A stretch of DNA of 32,000 bases from Raphidiopsis brookii D9 (GTDB lineage Bacteria; Cyanobacteriota; Cyanobacteriia; Cyanobacteriales; Nostocaceae): contig ACYB01000046.1 of the NCBI GenBank assembly GCA_000175855.1, positions 30,001 through 62,000 of the forward strand, read 5' to 3'. Below, piece by piece: positions 18,262 through 26,614 of this stretch. The notes beneath the pieces are model-generated. The model did no database searches, was not told the DNA's origin, and worked only from the letters and a program-made list of their open reading frames with translations. Made by a program: the position numbers and the translations under genes. The stretch's first letter is position 1; every line of letters begins with the position of its first letter.

Positions 18262-18732
18262 TTTTATGACTCTTGTTTTAACCTAAATAGGGGATAAGAG
18301 TAGAGTTATTAATCTGAGTTTGGATTAAGGAAATTGGGATAAATCCAGTTCATAGGAAGGGTGGGTTTCTTAGTTTGGCAGTGATAAGCGATTAATCTAC
18401 ACAGGATATTAACGCAAAAATTAACAGGAGTTCTCTCTCATGGTAATATTAAGAAATTCTGAAGCATCATCCAAACTCTATAACCTTCGTGGTAATGTCT
18501 GAGAATAGCTCAGTTATCACTTTAGTACCTTAAATACCTTACCCGGATTTGAACCTGATACTTTAATATGAAGATCATTCTAACCCATTTTTCGATAGCG
18601 ATCATAGGATTATGTTAGGCAGTTTTTGTGACACAAGAAGCCCTGATTCGTCTCCATTGTGTCCTAATTGGCCCCGCTTTTATCAATACCCCAGTTTCCA
18701 AGTAGCTCAGAATTAATCAAGAGGTCAAATCA

Positions 18733-20238
18733 ATGAAAATTGGATTAGTAGAACTCCCCCAACTCAAAGTCCTTGATCCCACGGGCAATGACTGGACTGA
18801 ACAAAATCAACATCCTCTAATTAGCAAACAGATCTTAATCGCCAACCTGGAGGCTGGAGGATTTGAAGTTGAGTTATTCAACCTCAAAAACGGAACCCAA
18901 CAAGAACAATTTGGAGAAACGATTTGGAAAGGGATGACCCTTCAGAAGATTGCTTATGGTCAACTGGTTAGTTCTATTGACTCTGAATCTTGTGATGCTT
19001 GGGGAGTCACAAATAACTTTACCATTTATCGAGAATTAGCAGGTTTAGTCTTGCGACATTTAGCTAAGGGTGGCAAACCTATTATAGTTGGAGGTTCAGA
19101 TGTTATTGCCCAACCTCACTATTACTTTAATGCTGGAGCAACGGCTGTTGTAACTGACAAATCGGGGGCAGCAAACTGGGCTATTTTTGATTATGTTTTA
19201 GGTCAACCGCAACGGGAGGAGCTATCAGGAGTTTTATTCCCAGATGGGACAGAATATCGCAAGCGCCGTCATCCCCTACATCCCCAAGATTGGTTTCTGC
19301 CCTCAATTTCTGTTGCTCAAGCTTGTTTAGGGGGAGGTAATGATTTTGCCGATAACCTTTCAGAATCATCATTATTACCCATCGGTTCTGCTATGTTTGA
19401 TTTAGGCTGCGATCGCACCTGTGACTTTTGCCAAACCCCAACCTATGGCTCAGGCTATTTGCGGATGACCCCTGAACGTGCTTTAGCATGGGCTGCTAGA
19501 CAAAAGGAAGCAGGTGCAAAAAGCATGGTTTCTGACTCAGATCAATTTCTTGGTCGTGTTCTCTTTCCGGAAGGAAAACAAGAAGTTCTCGACATCATCA
19601 AAGGATTGCGAGAAATGAATTTACCCATCTCCTGGGACAATGGCATTGAGCTAAGAAAAGCCACCAAAGGACGAGGCAAAGAGCGAAATCCTGAAGACTT
19701 AGAACCCGATGAAGAATTGGTAGAAGCCATGTGGGGTTGGGATGGCAAAACTGGATGTTTCATGGCCTATATTCCTGCTGAACGTCCCTTCGTGGGTCGT
19801 CAGGCCTATAAAAAACTACTTCCTTGGCAACAGCACTGTCAAATGCTCAGAGCTATTGTCCGCGCTGGAGTGCCAACCATTTCTTATGGTTTCATTATTG
19901 GCTTACCTGAGGATAATCGAGATAGTTTTCTGTATTTAGAAGAAGCCATCAAGGAACTGAAGCAAGAACTCAGAACCATCAACCCATCCCTGAACTTCTT
20001 TGTGACCCCCTATTCCATTATTCCCATTCCTGGAACTCCCCAAGAATACAACCTCAAAAAAGCTAACTTACTCCGATTTGAAGACCCCACAATTCGTGGT
20101 AATTTCTGGACAAGTTCTGTTGATACCCATCATCTAACTTATGATCAAGTTTCAGACTGGCAATTGCATCTGTTTAGGAGTCTGGGAGATAACTGGACAA
20201 CTGATGCAATGCCACTAGGTAGAACTTCACCCCGTTAA
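18733..20238 (+). CDS. Radical SAM protein with an N-terminal Rossmann-like (B12-binding-like) domain, function unknown
   Basis: 501-aa ORF with the CxxxCxxC cluster motif in LGCDRTCDFCQTP. An N-terminal region of about 200 aa precedes the core. GAGG lies 9 nt upstream of the ATG. Confidence 0.75.
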   Translation: MKIGLVELPQLKVLDPTGNDWTEQNQHPLISKQILIANLEAGGFEVELFNLKNGTQQEQFGETIWKGMTLQKIAYGQLVSSIDSESCDAWGVTNNFTIYRELAGLVLRHLAKGGKPIIVGGSDVIAQPHYYFNAGATAVVTDKSGAANWAIFDYVLGQPQREELSGVLFPDGTEYRKRRHPLHPQDWFLPSISVAQACLGGGNDFADNLSESSLLPIGSAMFDLGCDRTCDFCQTPTYGSGYLRMTPERALAWAARQKEAGAKSMVSDSDQFLGRVLFPEGKQEVLDIIKGLREMNLPISWDNGIELRKATKGRGKERNPEDLEPDEELVEAMWGWDGKTGCFMAYIPAERPFVGRQAYKKLLPWQQHCQMLRAIVRAGVPTISYGFIIGLPEDNRDSFLYLEEAIKELKQELRTINPSLNFFVTPYSIIPIPGTPQEYNLKKANLLRFEDPTIRGNFWTSSVDTHHLTYDQVSDWQLHLFRSLGDNWTTDAMPLGRTSPR

Positions 20239-20263
20239 TTGTGAGTTAAAATAATTCATAATT

Positions 20264-20331
20264 CCTTGCCTTTAGGTAAGGGAGTGTCAACTCATTATAT
20301 TAAGAATAGTCTTGGGGAGTATCAACTCCCT
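20264..20331. terminator. Cluster of small hairpins between the convergent radical SAM and PP-loop genes (possible bidirectional terminator)
   Basis: ccttgcc-ttta-ggtaagg at 20264..20281 (7-bp stem including one G-U pair). gggagt-atca-actccc at 20315..20330. GGGAGTRTCAACTC occurs twice. No clear U-tract follows on either strand. Confidence 0.35.
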
Positions 20332-20353
20332 AAACCTCTCCTGTATAAATGTT

Positions 20354-21709
20354 CTATAAATGTTCCTTGACTCTCGCAAATATCCAGTCGGGAATGGTGT
20401 GTTCTGCTCCATAAACATGATTATATTTACCTTCTATTGCTTCCCAATTAATTTCAGGGTTGGATAGTATTTCTTCTTTAAATATATCTAAAGCTCTACC
20501 TCTTATTCCTCTTTCTAAAGATTTTCTCATTAATAACCAGGTCTCCTGAACTTCCCCAATACATTCAAAAGGTGTATGCTGTCCTAAACCCATCATTTCC
20601 CGGAATATGGGAATTAAGTCTCCATCGTCAAATAGGTTGTTTTTAAAAACTTTTTCTACAATGTTTACAGAAGAAGATGCCATTAGTCCTAACCAAACAT
20701 AAGCACATTTCGGACATTTATAACACCAGGGTTTCTGTATGTTACAAGAATGTATTTTGGAGATAAATTCAGGGTATTTGCTAAAGTTCTGGAAAATGCG
20801 AAAGTCGTAAATCGGTTGTAAAATACTAAAGTAGGCAAAGTTGGTCAAAAGATGTTCTTGAATAAACAGATTTAAAATCTGCTCTGCTAATAAACCCTTA
20901 CCCCATTGATGATTCACTTCTTTCCCTAGTTTTTCCCAATATAGATTACCCGTATTGGCACTTTTCTCGTGGGCTAAACACAGAGAATGATACCCATGAT
21001 CTAGCATTATAATTAGAGACTGAAAAATTGAAACTGGTGTTTCCGGTGCAATAATACCGGAGTTTTCGGGAAAATATATTTTTAAAAACGGTGACTCTGT
21101 AAAATTATCATAAATGGAAATTTGATGCTTGTGCTTTGGTTTAACACATTCCACAACCTGGGATATTAATTTGTGCTGAAAATCTGCTTTTCCATAAACG
21201 CTATGAGAGTATTGCAGTGAGGAAAAAGGTATGCCAGCTTCTTCTAAGATTTTCATCGCTAAAATGCTATCTTTTCCCCCTCCACAACCAGTGAGAATAG
21301 TTTGATTATCCCCCAAAATCTCTTGAGGTTCACTTCCTCCTAAAACCGCAGAACTGATAATTTCTGGTTGTTGATAGTTAGTGATATTATTCTCATACCA
21401 ATGCTGTCCAAATACTCCCTGATATATTCGGACAAATAAGTCTAAAACCCTGGGTTCTAAATATTTGGCAATGCTAGAAACATCATAATATTTGGGAAAT
21501 AGGGAGCAAAATTTCATCCCTTCAAATAGGACAATATGGGCAATAATTCTCTCTATATAGGAGCCAGAATATTTGTTTATCAACCGAGAGAATGAAACAT
21601 CATGGTAGAAAATATTAGTAGAAAAATTAAATCCATCCGCACTATATATAATTTCTACATGATGTTGGTGAATTTTCCACCTATCAATTTTGATCACTGA
21701 TATCTTCAC
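20354..21709 (-). CDS. PP-loop (adenine nucleotide alpha-hydrolase superfamily) ATPase with a C-terminal Cys4 motif, function unknown
   Basis: 451-aa ORF. It has a central PP-loop-like motif LTGCGGGKDS and the cysteine cluster CNIQKPWCYKCPKC (C-x6-C-x2-C-x2-C), reminiscent of the QueC zinc site. A GTG start lies 3 nt after the DUF427 stop. Confidence 0.6.
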   Translation of the reverse strand: MKISVIKIDRWKIHQHHVEIIYSADGFNFSTNIFYHDVSFSRLINKYSGSYIERIIAHIVLFEGMKFCSLFPKYYDVSSIAKYLEPRVLDLFVRIYQGVFGQHWYENNITNYQQPEIISSAVLGGSEPQEILGDNQTILTGCGGGKDSILAMKILEEAGIPFSSLQYSHSVYGKADFQHKLISQVVECVKPKHKHQISIYDNFTESPFLKIYFPENSGIIAPETPVSIFQSLIIMLDHGYHSLCLAHEKSANTGNLYWEKLGKEVNHQWGKGLLAEQILNLFIQEHLLTNFAYFSILQPIYDFRIFQNFSKYPEFISKIHSCNIQKPWCYKCPKCAYVWLGLMASSSVNIVEKVFKNNLFDDGDLIPIFREMMGLGQHTPFECIGEVQETWLLMRKSLERGIRGRALDIFKEEILSNPEINWEAIEGKYNHVYGAEHTIPDWIFARVKEHL

Positions 21710-21712
21710 TAT

Positions 21713-22210
21713 TTACCATCCCCAAGTACCTGTACCACCTTTAAATGGTCCAACAATATCCGCAGTAATCCATCCTCCATAAAAATCACCAGCTTGGGGT
21801 GTAACTAGTTCATTGTTAACGTAGCAAGCATCCATCAAAGCCGCAATAAAACCATAATACTCTTGAATAGGGACAAAGTTTGGTGTAGGAGCAAAATATC
21901 GCCAAGCTGCGTATTTGATTAGCTGCTCACCAATCTGAACATCATAGTATTCGTATGCTCCTTTCCATTCGCACAAATTTTTCTTGGGTGTTGCTATTAA
22001 ACACTCCAATTTTACGTCACTGGGCGGAAAGTAATAGGTAGGGGGGTGACTGGTTTCCAGCACTCTTTTACCTTTAGTGGTTTCAGCTAAAACAACACCG
22101 TTACAAATCACTTTTAGGTGTTTGTCAGTATCCTGAAGAATCGCGGGACGGGGATAGTCCCATACTGATTCTTGACCTGGTTTTGGGGTAAGAGGGTTCG
22201 GTCTGATCAT
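21713..22210 (-). CDS. DUF427-family protein
   Basis: 165-aa ORF with ESVWDYPRP, ETSHPPTYYFP and EWKGAYEYYDV segments that I recognise as DUF427-like. It appears translationally coupled to the downstream PP-loop gene. Confidence 0.6.
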   Translation of the reverse strand: MIRPNPLTPKPGQESVWDYPRPAILQDTDKHLKVICNGVVLAETTKGKRVLETSHPPTYYFPPSDVKLECLIATPKKNLCEWKGAYEYYDVQIGEQLIKYAAWRYFAPTPNFVPIQEYYGFIAALMDACYVNNELVTPQAGDFYGGWITADIVGPFKGGTGTWGW

Positions 22211-22359
22211 TTATGACCAAAAATGCTTATTAGTTACATAACACTATAACATGATTTTTTCAACCTTGGCAAGTATTTTTCCCAAATTTCCTACAACTTG
22301 AGCGAGCTGCTACCCTAATGGTCACATATTTTTTAAAAATTCGCTGATAAGATAGCTAA

Positions 22360-23949
22360 TTAATCCTCATCTTTCCTAATACTAGCAGGAAGCAAAAGCC
22401 CCAAGTCCGGAAAATTATCTATATAAAGTTGCCTCAAAACCCGCTGGATATGAAGATGTTTTCCTGGTTTTACTTTGGTCAAGGTTCGTAACAATAAGTG
22501 GGACTCACTTAAACTTTCTACACCTTCTATAAAAGTTGGCTCCAGCACATCTGGATCATTCAGTTTTAAACTCTGTCCAATTTCCCCTATTAACCTATAT
22601 ACTGGTTGTAAATCACAATTAGAAGCTACCCCTATATCCACACAGGCAAATATATACTGCTTTGAAAAATTAACAACTGAGCCAATATCACCATTACGAA
22701 TTATTTGTAATTGACCATTAGGATGTCTAATGCGCGTGGTCCTTAATTCAATGGACTCTACAGTACCCTCCACAGGTTTCTCTTCCGCTTTTCCAGCTTG
22801 TATATAGTCCCCGACTAAATAGTAGTTTTCAAACAGAATAAAAAAACCAGAGACTATATCATTAATCAATGTCTGTGCTCCCAATCCCACAGCAAGACCA
22901 ATAATCCCAGCACCGGCTAAAATCGGAGTTGGATTTATATCTAAAATATACAGAATAGAAACTGCAACCGCGAAGTAAATTAAATACTGTAGCAAACTAC
23001 GAAACAGCGGAATCATAGTTAAGCGTCTACTTCTTTGTGTTTCTGTCAACTGTTGGTCCTTAAACAAAAATTCTTCTAGTAGTAGGTAAATCACCTCAAA
23101 AATTACCCTGCTTATAAATACAATGGCAATGATTTTTATGATTTTTATGCCAAAACTTGCTAGGTTGGCTATTAACTGCACTTGTTGAACAACCAATGTA
23201 GCAGTAGAGACATAAACTACAAATTCTAAGGAACTTTTTAGAAAAGGCACTAAGTGTCCTAGTCGGTCATAAAATCTGAATAGATTGTCTGGACTAGAGT
23301 ATCTAATACTTAAAGCATCCAAGGTATCGACAATTACCCCTACTGTTTTTAGTATCAACAATCCGCTGGCAATGATCAAATAAATTGTTAGCCCTATGTA
23401 TAAATACTGTGTAAGCAGGGATGGTAATTGAAGGAATTGGCTACAGACAATCAGTATCCATAACCAAATTCCTAAAGTTATTCTCCGATTCAGAGTGGTA
23501 AAAAAAGCATCAATATTTTCATCATTGACTGGTTTTTGCTCTAAATTCTTCACTTTTTTAGCAGCTATCTGCAACCAATAATTAAGTAATTTGATCACAA
23601 ACCCTGCTGCAATTACCACTCCTACACACTGGGCAATGCCAAATCCTAGTCTTAACCAAAATCCCGATGGAATCTGGTTGATCAAGGTTATTGTATATTC
23701 CTGTGGGTTTTTGCCTTGATAAATCAAAAAACCATTGACACCAATAATTCCCATAATCAAGAGCAAACAGGTGAAAAACAGCACCCCATTAATGTTACGT
23801 CGGATAACCTTGATTTTTGTATCTTTTCCCCTAAATACTGATACTCTAGTTAGCAAGTTACAAACTTTACGCAAAGTCCATGTGGATACCAAGAAAAAAC
23901 CTATTACAATCAGGACCTCAATTAAGAGAACTAATACTATATTCATCAT
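22360..23949 (-). CDS. Mechanosensitive ion channel, MscS family (large, multi-TM N-terminus)
   Basis: 529-aa ORF. The pore helix and beta-domain junction AGAGIIGLAVGLGAQTLINDIVSGFFILFENYYLVGDYI is typical of MscS. Multiple TM helices lie upstream. Confidence 0.85.
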   Translation of the reverse strand: MMNIVLVLLIEVLIVIGFFLVSTWTLRKVCNLLTRVSVFRGKDTKIKVIRRNINGVLFFTCLLLIMGIIGVNGFLIYQGKNPQEYTITLINQIPSGFWLRLGFGIAQCVGVVIAAGFVIKLLNYWLQIAAKKVKNLEQKPVNDENIDAFFTTLNRRITLGIWLWILIVCSQFLQLPSLLTQYLYIGLTIYLIIASGLLILKTVGVIVDTLDALSIRYSSPDNLFRFYDRLGHLVPFLKSSLEFVVYVSTATLVVQQVQLIANLASFGIKIIKIIAIVFISRVIFEVIYLLLEEFLFKDQQLTETQRSRRLTMIPLFRSLLQYLIYFAVAVSILYILDINPTPILAGAGIIGLAVGLGAQTLINDIVSGFFILFENYYLVGDYIQAGKAEEKPVEGTVESIELRTTRIRHPNGQLQIIRNGDIGSVVNFSKQYIFACVDIGVASNCDLQPVYRLIGEIGQSLKLNDPDVLEPTFIEGVESLSESHLLLRTLTKVKPGKHLHIQRVLRQLYIDNFPDLGLLLPASIRKDED

Positions 23950-24015
23950 TTAGTGTATTTTGTCTGATTTTGACATTCTTGGTATCACTCTACAACAATT
24001 TTTTATGACCTCCGG

Positions 24016-25131
24016 TTAATTCTCACTACTAGATTTAGGCTTATACTTTTCCGGATCGGTTCTTAGATCTACATAAAGGAAATCAATACCCTCTTGCTCC
24101 AGCATTTCCAAAATTGCTAAATTTAAGTTCCTCTCTGCACTGAAATAGAGGTTATCATCATTGACAAATGCCATTATCTCAATCACACGGGCATTTTTCT
24201 CAATGTTTTTGAAGCGAACTGTACAACCAGGTGATAACCCAGCAATAGAATTTGGCATTTGTTGAATAGCATCACAGATTCTGGCCGTTTGCTCTGCAGA
24301 AATACCATCTATTTTTAGCACTAAATTCAATCCCCACTTTAATTCTTCTCCTGGATTTTGAGACCAATTTTCTACCACTCCACCAATCATGCGAGAATTA
24401 GGCATTTTGATGATTGACCCCCACTTCACCACGTGCAGTGTTGTAGTTCTAAAACCAATATGCATAACCTGCACAAAACCGTCTAGTCCTGATACTCCTA
24501 TCCAATGACCTTCTCGAAACAGACCATCAGAATAGATAATCACTGTACAAAACCAGTCATAAACAATATCCTTGAGTAATAAACCAAAGGTAATACCAGC
24601 ACCACCTAGCAAACCAACAAGTGCACCCGCAGATTGCCCTAAAAATATTTCACTAAGCTTGATTATTAAGACGACAACTGCAGCTGATTGAAAAATTTTG
24701 GGCATTAATGGTCTGAGCAATTCATCTAGCTCAGTTTCAGCTTGCAGCACCAAGTTAGCAATCATTTGCCCTAAAATTGAGGAAGAGCGATAAATAAGAT
24801 AACCAATAATAAAGACCACTACTACATTTATAGTATTGCCAATGGTCTCTGTTAATTTGGCACCCAATTCCTGAGCAAGAATTTCCTTAATTATCCAAAA
24901 CCCACCTATCAAAATCAACCAGTTTAACGCTGGCTTGATAATACTGATTAATTCGTCATCCAGTGTAGTCTTTGTTTTACTCGTAAGTTTTTCTATAGTT
25001 TTAATCACTACTCCAATAAAGAATCTTCTTAACACTTGTATTAGTGTTAGCACAATCAGAATCACAATTACCTTGATACCAATAGGATTGGACTGATTAA
25101 TCCCTTGGAGCATTTTTAGTACAGCTTCCAT
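24016..25131 (-). CDS. Mechanosensitive ion channel, MscS family (divergent paralog)
   Basis: 371-aa ORF with four to five TM helices and then GGAGITFGLLLKDIVYDWFCTVIIYSDGLFREGHWI, matching the MscS TM3/beta-domain pattern. Confidence 0.75.
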   Translation of the reverse strand: MEAVLKMLQGINQSNPIGIKVIVILIVLTLIQVLRRFFIGVVIKTIEKLTSKTKTTLDDELISIIKPALNWLILIGGFWIIKEILAQELGAKLTETIGNTINVVVVFIIGYLIYRSSSILGQMIANLVLQAETELDELLRPLMPKIFQSAAVVVLIIKLSEIFLGQSAGALVGLLGGAGITFGLLLKDIVYDWFCTVIIYSDGLFREGHWIGVSGLDGFVQVMHIGFRTTTLHVVKWGSIIKMPNSRMIGGVVENWSQNPGEELKWGLNLVLKIDGISAEQTARICDAIQQMPNSIAGLSPGCTVRFKNIEKNARVIEIMAFVNDDNLYFSAERNLNLAILEMLEQEGIDFLYVDLRTDPEKYKPKSSSEN

Positions 25132-25493
25132 ACACTATCACCGAGTTGGTTTTGTTATCTTTTTAAGTTCTTTTGACGAAAATACAGTGGGCACGCTACT
25201 TAGTTTTTTACTGAGTTTTTTGTTAGTTTTTGATCCAGCAAGAAAGTAAATACTTTCAATTTAAAGATCTAACCCAACAACGTTCCCCCTGGACAGGCAA
25301 AATATAACACATAAGTATTTCCAATGTCTGTAAATTTTTGTAACCTGCGAGATTTTCCTGAATCCTCGATATTTCAGGGCTTTTCAATACCTAGTACTAT
25401 CTTAAATAACAATTGTCTTGACAAGCATTATAAGTGATCACGCTTACAAGGAAGGTTGAGGAGGAGAATGGCGATCGCCTTTTATCACTAGTT

Positions 25494-25515
25494 TCCTCCC
25501 TTAGCTAAGGGAGGA
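25494..25515. terminator. Perfect 22-nt palindrome 39 nt downstream of the egtD stop (possible terminator)
   Basis: tcctcccttagctaagggagga is its own reverse complement. No U-run follows on either strand, so its function is uncertain. Confidence 0.4.
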
Positions 25516-25553
25516 TTAGAGCTTTGATGAGGAGAGTTACTAGATTACAATCC

Positions 25554-26534
25554 CTACAATCCCGCTTGGCAGAGAATTAATCCAAACCACCCATTGTCAT
25601 CGCTCCAAGTTTTGACTGTTTTTAATCCTTTGCTTTCCAGTTCCTGGGACATTTGAAGTAAATCAAATTTCCGGGAAATTTCTGTTAGTATGGAATCACC
25701 TGCTTCAAAGAAAACCTGTAAATCCAAAGATGCTAACTTCACCCAATGACTTTCTTGAGAATGAAGTCGCATTTCAATTTGCTTTTCTGTCAGATTATAT
25801 ATTGCTTTGTGCTTAAACAGGGTTGGGTCAAAATTCCCATTAAATCGCCAATTTAAATGGGTAAGTATGTTCAAGTTAAACGCAGCAGTTACACCCTGAG
25901 CATCATTATAAGCTGGTTCTAAAATCCCTTTGTCTTTGTGTAAATCAACCCCCAGCAAAAAGAAATCACCGGTTTTTAGAGTTGTGGAAACCCGGGTGAG
26001 GAATCTATCACATTCCTGTTGACTAAAATTGCCTAGGGAACTACCCAGAAAAAACAACAAACGAGACTGTAAATAATTGGACTCTAAATGAAATAATGCC
26101 TGTTCATAGGTTCCTAGCAACCCATGAATATCAATTTGAGGATATTTATCCTTCAATTGCAAAACGCTAGTTTTGAGAATACCTCCACTCACATCAACTG
26201 GTAGGTATCTACAGGTGTGGGATATTCTCTGATAAGCATCGAGTAAAAGTTGAGTTTTAGTAGAACTACCACTACCCAATTCTATCAACTCACAACAATT
26301 AGTTAGTTCGGCAATTTCTCCAGCATATTGTTGCAGAATTGAAGCTTCTGTACGAGTAGGATAGTATTCTGGCAAATCACAAATTTCCTCAAATAATAGG
26401 GAACCGCGATCATCATAAAAATACTTAGGGGGTAAGGTTTTGGGATTTCCAAGTAATCCCTGAATTACATCTTTACCATCATCATGCAAGTGTTGATATT
26501 GTTGTTCTAAAACTGTTAGGGGTGCTAAAAGCAT
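25554..26534 (-). CDS. egtD: L-histidine N-alpha-methyltransferase (ergothioneine biosynthesis)
   Basis: 326-aa ORF with the hallmark KYFYDDRGSLLFEEICDLPEYYPTRTE and SAM motif ELGSGSSTKT. It lies directly downstream of egtB. Confidence 0.9.
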   Translation of the reverse strand: MLLAPLTVLEQQYQHLHDDGKDVIQGLLGNPKTLPPKYFYDDRGSLLFEEICDLPEYYPTRTEASILQQYAGEIAELTNCCELIELGSGSSTKTQLLLDAYQRISHTCRYLPVDVSGGILKTSVLQLKDKYPQIDIHGLLGTYEQALFHLESNYLQSRLLFFLGSSLGNFSQQECDRFLTRVSTTLKTGDFFLLGVDLHKDKGILEPAYNDAQGVTAAFNLNILTHLNWRFNGNFDPTLFKHKAIYNLTEKQIEMRLHSQESHWVKLASLDLQVFFEAGDSILTEISRKFDLLQMSQELESKGLKTVKTWSDDNGWFGLILCQAGL

Positions 26535-26614
26535 TTGTTTTATCCTCTTATTTTTATTTACCTGATTCTATCAAAATCTCAGAATTTTGAGTTATTAGTA
26601 ACTGGAAATTTCTC

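Noticed and set aside
18506-18558. tRNA-like fragments: TAGCTCAGTT (plus strand) and GGTTCAAATCC (minus strand)
   Set aside because: The D-loop-like and T-loop-like pieces are on opposite strands. The T-stem has a mismatch, and I could not build an acceptor or anticodon stem. This is not a tRNA gene, at most a remnant.
25357-25384. Plus-strand hairpin cctgaa-N10-ttcagg followed by GCTTTT (possible sRNA terminator)
   Set aside because: The stem is only 6 bp and AU-rich, and there is no identifiable upstream promoter or plus-strand gene. It is too weak to call.
25468-25491. 7-codon mini-ORF MAIAFYH behind a very strong GAGGAGGAG Shine-Dalgarno-like tract
   Set aside because: The purine tract is more simply the complement of the pyrimidine arm of nearby structure in the egtD 3' region. 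The ORF contains a HIP1 site, is tiny, and has no upstream promoter I can identify.
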